From an uncultured Spirochaetota bacterium (GTDB lineage Bacteria > Spirochaetota > UBA4802 > UBA5550), in the NCBI GenBank assembly GCA_963827275.1, contig CAWHAA010000005.1:224001-288000 (forward strand): DNA of 64,000 bases, in the 5' to 3' direction. Position 1 is the first letter of the stretch, and each line of letters begins with the position of its first letter. Below are positions 51,901 to 61,025 of this stretch, in pieces. A model generated the notes under the pieces. The model was not told where the DNA came from. It saw only the letters and a list, made by a program, of their open reading frames with translations, and did not search any database. The position numbers and the translations under genes were made by a program.

Positions 51901-53140
51901 GCAGGTTGATCATTCGGGCGACCAGCTCCCGGTAGCGGCGCGGGTCCGACCGCGCGAGGCTCCGCATCTTTCTCCAATCGAACGCCACGATGGTGCACCC
52001 GTTCTGGTCCTGCATCCTGAGGGAACGGTAGGCCTGGTAATTGAGCTGGACCGCGATCTGCTCCCTGCTGTCGATCCGGCAGGCGTCACCCCTCGGGGGC
52101 GGGCCATCGGAAAAATTGAAATCGGCGAAACGGGCCCGGTTATTTCTCATGTATATACGGTTGGCCCGCCGTGCGTACGGGGTATCGCGGGTATTGATCG
52201 TCTGTCCCGGGCTCGGGAACGAGTAGTAGTATTCATTTCTCAGGGTGCCGTACGCAAGCATTGCAAGGTCAAAAAGGAAGAGGGAAATGTAAAAGAACAG
52301 GAACGCCGCTACCGCCGCTTTTTTCAGCAGCGGCACCGCCCGGTGAAAGGGATTGCGCCGGTTCCGCATGCGCAACCGGCTGGAAAAAAACTCCACAACC
52401 GAAACCGTCTCGCCGGCCCCGAAGAGGGATGAATGGTCAAGAGTGAATTCTGCGCCGTTACGGATAAACTCTCCAGCGTCAAAAAGAGGGAAAAAAAACC
52501 GGATATACCCTTCCTGGATAGGCTTTTTCTCCGCGTCGGGCCCGAAAAAAGACCTGAATTTCTCCAGTTGCTCCCTGTAAAATACTTTTTCGCGATGGCC
52601 GGATGCGTCTTTCCGCGTGACAACGTTTTTATCAATCGTTATAAGCGAAGCTACCTTGAATGAACGGGTCTCCTCCCTGGCAGTAACGCCCATCAGGCGG
52701 TCCCGCAGCGTGTCATGGAAAAAGCGTGACGGCTCAAGGTATGCGTATCGCTTACGCGTAACGACAAGGCCCGGCCCGCCGTATTCCCTTACCGGCGCCG
52801 ATCCATCCTCGTCAGCGCCGGTCCGTTCAGTAAAATAACGGTCCCTCCGGGGGCCATCGGTCAGCGCGTCCTCGATAAACTCATCGATTATCAGGGCCTT
52901 CCGGCCGAACTCGTTCCTGTCCAGGACGTGCCGGAAATACAAATGGACCCGCAGAATGGCTTTGCGAACCGGTGAAAGCCTGAGCCAGTAATTATCCGTG
53001 GCCCAGACGTGGTTCCGCAACACACTGCCAGCTTTAGTTGGAAAAAAACTCATATCGCAACCGCATATTGGACATAATGACATGACCGGCGACCGGATCC
53101 CGGGCTGCGGCGCGTCATCAAACCGGCTGCCACACCGCAT
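48920..53140 (-). CDS. Very large class A penicillin-binding protein (transglycosylase + transpeptidase) with extra domains
   Basis: TG motifs EDRRF, GGSSISNQ and LEAYVNEVY; TP motifs SSLK, SVN and KTGT; long Cys-containing N-terminus, TPR-like segment and acidic tail; true start may be ~53210. Confidence 0.85.
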   Translation of the reverse strand: MRCGSRFDDAPQPGIRSPVMSLCPICGCDMSFFPTKAGSVLRNHVWATDNYWLRLSPVRKAILRVHLYFRHVLDRNEFGRKALIIDEFIEDALTDGPRRDRYFTERTGADEDGSAPVREYGGPGLVVTRKRYAYLEPSRFFHDTLRDRLMGVTAREETRSFKVASLITIDKNVVTRKDASGHREKVFYREQLEKFRSFFGPDAEKKPIQEGYIRFFFPLFDAGEFIRNGAEFTLDHSSLFGAGETVSVVEFFSSRLRMRNRRNPFHRAVPLLKKAAVAAFLFFYISLFLFDLAMLAYGTLRNEYYYSFPSPGQTINTRDTPYARRANRIYMRNNRARFADFNFSDGPPPRGDACRIDSREQIAVQLNYQAYRSLRMQDQNGCTIVAFDWRKMRSLARSDPRRYRELVARMINLRWWESALGAIDGLSGDRLDLFDYMSISRERVREDITAAIMKSVAPLEWVRGVNEVSDVLTVLYHKANSMKFAAIGEVPGVMREAVILREDRRFRNDLFPVPHRGNDNLVIVPQVTKKVLRKMFGGMHDLAGRYGLGWLERLCDEYEQKFNASIRNESRGGSSISNQVMEMLYTKYITSGAGDADFADLQIEQKMHELPASLAVDWFWSRDHVLEAYVNEVYGGHLYSDIRGFKSQAEMYFSRGLAGLNLREQVMLVAAIKKPSRIKEYALCLKAEELAALIREGASRAAVAGWVADNEQYRIDRANYRELLGSKARAKAWIERRMNSTLRLLRENGEIGEDEYRDARHRQKVNFRFAPGVVSFDSRLANNIKRELERELGQGRSDAGMVVVATIDMPLQKRLQKMVDRGSRWVSVDPDCLVDGQPGQVRVEGGARIIQAHDGARSGVPRVLNRIIADVGGPSREDDEWDWVSLANRSLGSSLKPFLDLYFILSGYNLQDMFKNSRVTYNTYTLEQQRIYQNFIHKNPKRWKEIEEIEKYWDWSPRNFREYTNEWMSVEDALVHSVNGIHVQIQELVTPAVFARLLNETMDITDPEAQHRPFRSIILGGSAGDQRYDRYLLAYSLFTNLGIIQKHTHIDAVRGPDGAVIRPAYRPMRCSVLDRFGAERVRAAVILIDMALRETVRRGTMAGMDGIGAGKTGTSNDLRDALATVHFIAGDCAYIAGVRLGNRRNYSIGRAADRIAVPLLRDILAATFKGSAILGGDEYDAYLAKLARSCGEVAFSNGHYLLKGRDGRPRRLEVVRTQEEKRGEFLVIADKYYDDGRYDDAVRYYEEFLKLAVEFDSDHPAFERMVHACIENDNIERARQLIEHFSRPGRIWKIARIIEKKYDVTLKVNEDFYSGNEEYERKKRDRKRKKNIGERGENGAQPENDAAVPREEDGAPAKDPAAPDSNGARPEKEKELPEHEDAPPGEEAVPEEKTNDQPLEDNNSPQ

Positions 53141-53488
53141 CCCGCAAGCGCCGCTGCCGTTTACAGCGGCAACAATTTCGCAACGGCGATCCTCATCCAG
53201 CGTGTTTCATGAAAAATTCCCGCCCTGTCAAGCAATTAAACAGCCACACACCTCAGTACGGCAACCGGGTGATGTGCAAAATTTTTTCGCCAGTGGAGAC
53301 ATATTATCATGAATTCAATGCAACAATGGAACGATCCGTAACGAAAAAAATTCAAATTAATTTATCACGGCTCGATTTTTTTAAAAAAATAAATTGACTT
53401 GAAATTAATAATGTTGCGTATATTGATTCATCAATCACAGCGTGAATGCGGATTATCTGCATATCATCATACCCTTTAGATTGTGGAA

Positions 53489-53758
53489 ATGAAAAAAATT
53501 ATATTATTGCTGCTTGCGGCCCTGACAATCTGCTTATCCTGCGCCCAGAACCAGGAACAGGTCCAGGTTGACGACAAGGGCGGAAGATGCGTGAAGGGCA
53601 ATTGCAGGAACGGGATCGGGACATACGTCTTCTCCAACGGGAACCGTTACGAGGGGGAATTCAGAAGCAATACGCCTTTCGGCTATGGAACCATGTATTA
53701 TAAAAACGGAAAAAGCATTAAGGGAAAATGGAAGTGGGGAAGACCAGACCTAAGATAA
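53489..53758 (+). CDS. MORN-repeat lipoprotein
   Basis: Lipobox LSC, CVKGNC.NG.G.Y...NG.RYEGEF MORN repeats. Confidence 0.8.
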   Translation: MKKIILLLLAALTICLSCAQNQEQVQVDDKGGRCVKGNCRNGIGTYVFSNGNRYEGEFRSNTPFGYGTMYYKNGKSIKGKWKWGRPDLR

Positions 53759-53766
53759 TAAGAGCC

Positions 53767-53889
53767 ATGGCGGGAAATAAAAAATCATGCCCGGAGCAGG
53801 AGCTTAAAGATAAAATAAAGCAGGCCCTGTTAAAAAACAGCAGAAAAGCGGACAAAGAGGAGATTGCATTCCTTTTAAAGCGCTTTTGA
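53767..53889 (+). CDS. Putative 40-aa small protein (MAGNKKSCPEQELKDKIKQALLKNSRKADKEEIAFLLKRF)
   Basis: Fills the gap between two co-oriented lipoprotein genes with 8-nt spacing on each side. Confidence 0.45.
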   Translation: MAGNKKSCPEQELKDKIKQALLKNSRKADKEEIAFLLKRF

Positions 53890-53897
53890 TACACGCC

Positions 53898-54308
53898 ATG
53901 AAGAACAGCCTCCCATCATTGTATGCGATCATCGCCTCATTCGCATTAATAACCTCATGTGCGGCAACCCAAAACAATAACGGCGGCGGGACTATACCCG
54001 ACAGGTCAGAGAGCGGCGATTACCCGGAACGTATACTCGGCAGATGGAAGATCGTCGCCGTTCACTGCGACAGTCAAGGGGGCAATTGCGAGTGGTATAA
54101 CGGGCGGCGCGTGTTCCACTTTTCGCGCAACGGCGACCTTGCCGTCAACGATGTCAGGCGGGGGACCTATCGCCTGGAAGGCCCCGTCTGCATCCTCGAT
54201 ACCGGCAACAAGCGGTACAGGGTGAACATCATCCGGCTTGATCCCAACAAGCTCATAACCGGTGAAAGCCACCGGGCTACAACTGAAATTTACAATAAGC
54301 TTAAATAA
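53898..54308 (+). CDS. Lipocalin-like lipoprotein
   Basis: Lipobox ITSC, ILGRWKI motif, beta-rich. Confidence 0.7.
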   Translation: MKNSLPSLYAIIASFALITSCAATQNNNGGGTIPDRSESGDYPERILGRWKIVAVHCDSQGGNCEWYNGRRVFHFSRNGDLAVNDVRRGTYRLEGPVCILDTGNKRYRVNIIRLDPNKLITGESHRATTEIYNKLK

Positions 54309-54340
54309 CCCGCCCCTTCATACGAGCCCGGGGCAATCCG

Positions 54341-55301
54341 TCATTGCTGCTTTTCCACCCTGATTTCACCCAGCGCCGCGTCGTTCCATTTTTTTCCTTT
54401 ATAAACGCCGTCAATTGTGAAACGGATCCTGGCGGTGTTCTTGTAGGCACCGGCATCCTGCATTTCACGCGTCCCGTCAGCAAAATTAACCGTAGCGGTC
54501 TGGCGGCTGTCCCGTGCGTCCCAGTAGTCAACCTTCAGGCTTTTGACCCGGTTATTCAGCTCATAAAGGTCTCCTTCGGCGCCATACTGGGAAAATTTTT
54601 TGTCCACCTTTACAAAGCCGTTGATCATTCCCACTTTGATCGACACGGGTTCCGGAAACATCATTTCCACCCATGCGCCAACGCCACCATTTCCCACCTG
54701 CCAGCTTGTGCCAGGCGTCCCTGTCAAAAAGGTTCTTCGGTCCGAACGTATACCCGGCGCTGTCCGGCAGGAAGGATGAGGTCTCCACCAGGCATTTCCC
54801 TATCCCGGGAATGTATATCTCATTACCGGCCTGGGCCCTGGCATCCGTACCCTGTTTGAAGCTCCCCTCCTTGATCCAGCCCTGCATATTCAACCCGGCG
54901 CTGACATTATACCACCCGTCTTTCCTGGCGAGCACAAGCGCTTTCGATCCGGCAGGAAGTATGGATCGGACCTTGGATTCGACATCCGGCTGGTCGTAGA
55001 GCTTCGCCGAACCGGTGAATTCTATGACCTGCTTTTCACCGATATGGACGTACTGCTTCATGATCCATCCTTCGGTTATGCCATCAAGCAGCCGCACCTT
55101 CATCCAGTCGCCGTCCGCCTGCTCATCCACAACGTTCACAACCTGGCCGCGGTTCACGTCCTTGATCCATTTATATGCGCCCTTCCTGTCGGATGGCACA
55201 TCGCGCAATCCCGTGTTTATAAGGGTCACCCCTTCCTTTTTACACGCAAGACCGAAAAGGAAAAGGGCGCAGAGCATCGCTACTATCATCTTTTTGTTCA
55301 T
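54341..55301 (-). CDS. Lipoprotein with two SH3b-like domains and a C-terminal glycan-binding-like beta-sandwich (apparent +1 frameshift at ~54722)
   Basis: Lipobox LAC, GWI SH3 motifs twice, NLFD(G)..TSW...NGF.K...NNRVK...VYKGKKWND in two frames. Confidence 0.75.
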
Positions 55302-55385
55302 TATTCTCCCTCCATTTGTAATGCTATCTGGAAACGGCAGGCCTTTATTGTTACAGCCCCCCAGGAATATACTGCGGCTCCCTTT

Positions 55386-56249
55386 TTACTGAAACTTCAG
55401 CGCGAACCGTTCAACTGCCGCGGCATACTGATCGGCCGACATCATGAACCCGGTATTGTGAGGGCCATGTATAACAACGAATTCCCCTGGGCCGCGCACG
55501 AGCCTGAAGAGCTTCTCTCCCATCTCATACGGTATGATCTCATCCTCCGGGCTATGCACAACCAGGACAGGGCACCTTACGTCTGCCAGATGGGCTGCGG
55601 TATCATAACTGCTGCCGAATAACAGGCTTCCCGGAGCGAGCCGGTAATGGAAATTCGCGACATCCGCCGCCTTCGTGAAGGTCGATTCAAGCACCAGGCC
55701 GCGCGGCGAGCGGGTCTTGCAGAGCCATGCGGCTATCGGCCCGCCCAGCGACCTGCCAATGACAATGATTGCCCCGGGATCGGTCTTCCTTGCCCGGACC
55801 AGGTATTCCCATGCCGCCTCGACATCGCGGTATGTCCCCTCCTCCGAAGGAGTGCCGCCGCTTCTCCCGTATCCACGGTAATCGAACACGAGAACATCAA
55901 GCTTCAGGGAATTATATATGCTGATGGTCTGTAGCAGGAACGATATATTGCCTCCGTTCCCATGGCAGAAGAGGACGACGCCCCTTCCCTTCGCTGCCGG
56001 CACCCACCATCCGTTCAACCGCACGCCGTCCGACGCAAAGAAAAAGACGTCCTCATACGCAAGGCCCTCATCGGAGGGGACGGCCACGATCCCGGAAGAT
56101 GGGTAGTAAAGAAAACGGTTTTTGCAACTGCATTCCGACACCAGCGCGGCCGCAAGCATAACCGCGCATGCGCAGAGGAAACTGCGCCGGGAGAAATAAT
56201 TGAATGTCCTTTTATACATCATCATCGTTCCATACCCTGCTGCGGTCAT
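55386..56249 (-). CDS. Alpha/beta hydrolase (ABHD17/Bem46-like)
   Basis: HGNGGN, DYRGYG and GRSLG motifs; Asp and His of the catalytic triad. Confidence 0.9.
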   Translation of the reverse strand: MTAAGYGTMMMYKRTFNYFSRRSFLCACAVMLAAALVSECSCKNRFLYYPSSGIVAVPSDEGLAYEDVFFFASDGVRLNGWWVPAAKGRGVVLFCHGNGGNISFLLQTISIYNSLKLDVLVFDYRGYGRSGGTPSEEGTYRDVEAAWEYLVRARKTDPGAIIVIGRSLGGPIAAWLCKTRSPRGLVLESTFTKAADVANFHYRLAPGSLLFGSSYDTAAHLADVRCPVLVVHSPEDEIIPYEMGEKLFRLVRGPGEFVVIHGPHNTGFMMSADQYAAAVERFALKFQ

Positions 56250-56438
56250 ACCCCTTCGGCAGGGACAACGGCCAGCCGGAAAACACCGCCGGGGACCTGT
56301 TTCAAGTATAAATATTTCTTGCAGCGTATCAATAAATTTTTAATCATTGATAAAATTATTTTAACAGCCCGCCCGGGAAGCGTCCGGAAAACGACGCCGC
56401 GCGCATACCCGCCGCCGGGATAGAAAAGGGAGCGGACA

Positions 56439-57017
56439 ATGAACAGATGGGTGATAAAATCCAGCGAGGACATCTTCCGCAGGAGAATTTTTGCAGTAAA
56501 AGACATCGAGTGCTACCACCCGGACAAGGACGTCACCCACAGGTTTTTCACTCTTTCCACGCCTGACTGGATCAACATCGTCGCCGTGACCGAGGACAAC
56601 AGGTACATAATGGTGCGGCAACACAGGCTGGGCACGGACGAAATCACCCTCGAAACGCCCGGGGGTCTTGTCGAAGAGGGAGAGTCACCCGAGGAGACGG
56701 CGCTGCGGGAGCTGCGCGAGGAGACGGGTTACGAGGCGGGGGAGATCCACCTTCTCAAGAAACTCTCAGTAAATCCGGCGATCTTCAACAATTATATCTA
56801 CTTCTATTTTGCCCGCAACTGCAGGCGCATCCATGAACAGGACCTCGATCCGGCCGAGGACATCGAGGTCCTCACCTTTACGCGCGATGAGATCATGAGC
56901 ATGATCAATGATGGCCCGGTCAGCCATACCATCATCCTTGCGGCCTTCTATCTCTATTTTCTGTCTAAGTGGAGCGGGCTCGTCGAAAAAGGAAGCCCGC
57001 TCGGGCAGCTTATCTGA
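56439..57017 (+). CDS. NUDIX hydrolase (ADP-ribose pyrophosphatase-like)
   Basis: PGGLVEEGESPEETALRELREETG Nudix box. Confidence 0.93.
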   Translation: MNRWVIKSSEDIFRRRIFAVKDIECYHPDKDVTHRFFTLSTPDWINIVAVTEDNRYIMVRQHRLGTDEITLETPGGLVEEGESPEETALRELREETGYEAGEIHLLKKLSVNPAIFNNYIYFYFARNCRRIHEQDLDPAEDIEVLTFTRDEIMSMINDGPVSHTIILAAFYLYFLSKWSGLVEKGSPLGQLI

Positions 57018-57444
57018 CCTCCGCCTGGCGGCAGCCGGCCGGCACCTGCGGGACATCGTCCGAGATGATTGACAGGCAGAGTATCTCCGAATCGTTGAGC
57101 TGTTCATAAAAAACCAGGTGTTTTCTGTTTCCCAGCTGGTAGGCGAGACAGCCCGTTTTCTCCGAAAGGAGTTGATTGATAAACCAGTCACCCTCGAATC
57201 GAGAGCCGATGAGCGCCGCCTGCGGATGAAACACCACCCTGCCGTCCGAATCAACCACGTAATAAAATCCGGTTTTGCCCACGCGCTTATTCTTAAGCGC
57301 ATTGATGGCATTTCTGTTCCCGGCGATATCCTGCCTGATTGAGGCCATCCCGGCCCGTATGCGCTCGGCGGTGACCGGGCCGGACGTTGCGCATCCCAGG
57401 AGAAACAAAAAAGGGAGTATGATATATAACAAATAATTTTTCAT
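57010..57444 (-). CDS. Lipoprotein with a Cache-like domain
   Basis: Lipobox LLGC; VGKTGFYYVVDSDG.VVFHP Cache signature. Confidence 0.75.
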   Translation of the reverse strand: MKNYLLYIILPFLFLLGCATSGPVTAERIRAGMASIRQDIAGNRNAINALKNKRVGKTGFYYVVDSDGRVVFHPQAALIGSRFEGDWFINQLLSEKTGCLAYQLGNRKHLVFYEQLNDSEILCLSIISDDVPQVPAGCRQAEVR

Positions 57445-57636
57445 ATTACCCATCCAACGTGTATCAATATGGAAAATAGTGACGCCCGAGATCAAATGAC
57501 TACACTACAATTATAATGAGGCCTGCCGCATATAATCCTTGACGAAAAGCCTCAGCTACATTATCTACCTGATACATATTTGCAATGGACCGTCAATTCG
57601 AAAAATATTTTCCGTGACGGAGGAGCCCGGAGATTC

Positions 57637-58404
57637 ATGAACACAGCGATACCCATCCTCTCTTTTATAATCGGCACATTCTGGGGCAGCTTTTTCTACA
57701 CACTCGCCCTGAGGTACGCGGACGGCCGGGTGGGTAAAAATCCCATGCAGGCCCTCTTCTCCCGCTCCCGATGCCCGTCATGCAGCACCGCCATCAACCC
57801 GCTGTACCTGGTCCCCGTCCTGGGCTATGTCATGGCGCGGGGCAGGTGCCGTAGCTGCGGCACGGCGATATCGCCGCTGTACCCGGCCGCGGAAATCATA
57901 TATGGCGCACTGGCCGCCCTGTTCTCCTGGAAGCTGGGCGCCACGCCGTATGCGTTCAACCTGTACCTGCTTGCCGCCGTGGGGTTATGCATTGCGATCG
58001 TGGACCTGAAGGCCCTCATCGTGCCAGGCCCCCTTGTCATCGTCTTTATCGCACTGTCAATTTACCCCGTCCTGATCAATTACAACTTCAAGGACAATCT
58101 TTTCGGCATGCTGGCGCTGCTGGTTGTGTTCCTCACGATACTGCTCATATTCCCCGGGTCATTCGGCGGCGGCGATGTGAAATTCGGCGCAGCCATAGGA
58201 CTGTTCGCCGGCCTTGAGATGTCCGTAGTCATACTGGAGATATCCCTTGTGTCCGGTGCAATCATCGGGGTGATATACGCTCTCACGAAAAAAAAGAGCT
58301 TAAAAACCAAGATACCCTTTGCGCCGTTCCTTACGTTGGGATTGATCATATCGATGCTGTATGGACGGGAAATACTTCTAATGTATTACAGGATTCTTTT
58401 TTAA
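57637..58404 (+). CDS. pilD: Prepilin peptidase (A24 family)
   Basis: GSF, RSRCPSC...GRCRSC, FGGGD and PFAPFL motifs. Confidence 0.9.
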   Translation: MNTAIPILSFIIGTFWGSFFYTLALRYADGRVGKNPMQALFSRSRCPSCSTAINPLYLVPVLGYVMARGRCRSCGTAISPLYPAAEIIYGALAALFSWKLGATPYAFNLYLLAAVGLCIAIVDLKALIVPGPLVIVFIALSIYPVLINYNFKDNLFGMLALLVVFLTILLIFPGSFGGGDVKFGAAIGLFAGLEMSVVILEISLVSGAIIGVIYALTKKKSLKTKIPFAPFLTLGLIISMLYGREILLMYYRILF

Positions 58405-58435
58405 GCGACGATGGGGAGTGATGGGCCCGGAGGCA

Positions 58436-58879
58436 TTAGAATCGAAGATATTTGGCCGGGTTGCGAGGGTACCCCCAGATGAATTTCCAGCAGATTACAC
58501 TATCAATTACCTCTTTTGAGATAATATAGTTTTTATACCGATTGTTATCGGTAATATGAAATTTATTTTGGGGACGCAAGTATTTCTCCACAGCATACGC
58601 AAGAATCAATGAAACCGACATCTTCAGTAACTTTCTCAGATCCAAAAGATACTCGTATTCATCCATCCTGACCCGCAAGTGAAACGTATGCCATGCAGAT
58701 AGCTCTGACCGGTTCTGGTATTTTACCATTTTACCAATATTTTCAGGATGTGCAATGTCATCCATTGCCTTATTGATCAGGAATAGTATCATCTCTGATC
58801 GAGATACATGATGTTTTTTCGCAGCAAAAGTGATTCTTTCAAGAATATCAGAGCGGATATTAAGCGTGGTTTCCATCAT
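58436..58879 (-). CDS. Hypothetical protein, possible ribbon-helix-helix DNA-binding (DUF1564-like)
   Basis: VKYQ...YEYLLDLRKLLKMSVSLIL segment; AT-rich codon usage; family call from memory. Confidence 0.6.
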   Translation of the reverse strand: MMETTLNIRSDILERITFAAKKHHVSRSEMILFLINKAMDDIAHPENIGKMVKYQNRSELSAWHTFHLRVRMDEYEYLLDLRKLLKMSVSLILAYAVEKYLRPQNKFHITDNNRYKNYIISKEVIDSVICWKFIWGYPRNPAKYLRF

Positions 58880-58974
58880 TCATCTCCCCAAAAATATAAT
58901 CGCACACCAATGCAATAGTATACGAATGGAGATGTTTAAATGATAAATAATTTCTTTTAACTCATCAATAACGA

Positions 58975-60003
58975 CTATGATTTCAGGACTTTCCCTATCC
59001 CTTGTGATGCAGGGTTCTCAATAACTCCTTTTTCTGTTATAATTGCGGTAACATACTTTGCAGGAGTTACGTCAAAAGCAGGATTTCTGATGGATATCCC
59101 TTCCGGTGCAATCTGGACACCCATTATATAGGCGACTTCTTCAACACTGCGTTCCTCAATGACGATAGCATCACCCGTTTTCGTATTGGGATCAAGGGTC
59201 GATACCGGCGCAGCAACATAAAACGGTATGCCATTTTCTTTGGCCAGTACCGCATGGTTGTATGTTCCAATCTTGTTCGCAACATCCCCATTGGCGGCGA
59301 TTCGATCAGCTCCGACAATCACTTTCTTGATTACGCCGGTACGCATGAAATGTCCGGACATGGAATCGGTTATCAGGGTAACCGGGATGTTGTCATGGTA
59401 CAATTCCCATGCCGTAAGACGTGCTCCCTGAAGATACGGTCGCGTTTCACAGGCAAAGACATGGATATTTTTCCCCTCGTCCACAGCGGCCCGGATTACA
59501 CCCAGCGCGGTCCCGTAACCACCCGTTGCAAGCGCGCCGGCATTACAGTGAGTCATGACCACATCGCCATCCGATAAATATTTACTTCCATTTTTGCCCA
59601 TCGCCATGTTCGCATCAATATCTTCTTTATATACCGCCAGGGCTTCCTGCTCGAGTTTCTGACGGATGACAGCCCGATCGTTTTCCCGCTGAATTATTTT
59701 TTTCATACGGTCAATGGCGGCAAAAAGATTTACCGCGGTCGGCCGTGTTGCCGCAAAAACGTCACATATCCGGTTCATTTCTTCTTTGAAATTATTGATC
59801 GCGGTGATTTCGATATTCTTTGCCGCGAGAGCAATCCCCATGGCCGCCGTGATGCCGATAGCGGGAGCGCCTCTTGTTTCCATATTCCGTATAGCATCAG
59901 CGACATCGCCGAAATGCCGATAGGTATTGTATACCTCTTTCGCAGGCAGGAGACGCTGGTCAAGGATTGTAACCGAATCACCGTCCCATTTTATGGTAAA
60001 CAT
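58975..60003 (-). CDS. mtnA: S-methyl-5-thioribose-1-phosphate isomerase
   Basis: RGAPAIG, RPTAVNL, THCNAGALAT, ETRP, GADRI and NPAFD motifs. Confidence 0.95.
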   Translation of the reverse strand: MFTIKWDGDSVTILDQRLLPAKEVYNTYRHFGDVADAIRNMETRGAPAIGITAAMGIALAAKNIEITAINNFKEEMNRICDVFAATRPTAVNLFAAIDRMKKIIQRENDRAVIRQKLEQEALAVYKEDIDANMAMGKNGSKYLSDGDVVMTHCNAGALATGGYGTALGVIRAAVDEGKNIHVFACETRPYLQGARLTAWELYHDNIPVTLITDSMSGHFMRTGVIKKVIVGADRIAANGDVANKIGTYNHAVLAKENGIPFYVAAPVSTLDPNTKTGDAIVIEERSVEEVAYIMGVQIAPEGISIRNPAFDVTPAKYVTAIITEKGVIENPASQGIGKVLKS

Positions 60004-60106
60004 AATATTCCTCCAGCATGATGAGGGCATTTACATTTTGCAGAACATTTCACAACGTCACATGAAGCAGAGAAGGGATCAAAACGCACCCGCATGCAAT
60101 AGTTAT

Positions 60107-61025
60107 TTACTGAATGTCATTTCTTTCGACACGGTTTTTTCTGATTCTAAGGACATTGCCCTGTTCGTTCCAACTGACCTCATCCAGATGTATTCGTATG
60201 ATAAGCAGGCCCCTGCCGCTGTTCCTGAAAAAATTCTCCGGGTCACGAGGATCAGGCAGGCTGGCATAATCAAAGCCGCGCCCCTCATCCTCTATAATAT
60301 ATTCAACATAATCGTGGTTCAATTCATATGAAATGGTAACACGCCGATTCATGTAGCGCTCATCCATCTTGCGCCGTTCAATCTCATCATTGAAGCCCTT
60401 GATCCCGTAATCTTCCCGGATGGAGGATGAAACCTCAAGGCACCCGTGATACATGGCGTTACTAATCGCCTCCTGGAGCGCAAGAGCAATATTTTCCGCC
60501 GTTGTGCTATTGCACAGCCCCGAAGGCGCAAGGTCTTTCGTCAGATGGTATGATAGTGCGTTAATGACGGTATCATCGACAGGGATTTTATAACAACCCT
60601 TCTCGTACACTACATATCGGCCAAAGCGCTCCGCTATCTTCTTTTCATGCTTTCTGTTTAATATGACGCGGACGGATGAAGCCACATCGTTGATATCGAA
60701 GGGCTTCCGTATGAAATCGCTTGCGCCGTACCGAAGAGCCCTGATTGCATCCTCGACATTGCCATGTCCGGTGATAATGAGAACAGGGATCGGCTCGTCC
60801 AGTCCATGGATTCGCCTCAGGAGCTCTATGCCGTCCATCTTGCGGAGTTTGATGTCAGTGATAATGAGGTCAACCTTTTCTCCATTCTTCAGCAGATACA
60901 GGACGTCCTCGCCCTTCTCAAGGGAGATGACCTTATATCCAAGCCGGGACAGCTTTTTCTGCAATGAGAAAGCGGATAACTTCTTCGTCATCTACGACGA
61001 GAATTTTTGCGTCGGTATTATTCAT
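60107..61025 (-). CDS. Response regulator receiver + HATPase (anti-sigma kinase-like) fusion (apparent +1 frameshift at ~60968)
   Basis: Reconstructed [24 protein letters not shown]..., [25 protein letters not shown] and GRGL. Confidence 0.85.
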
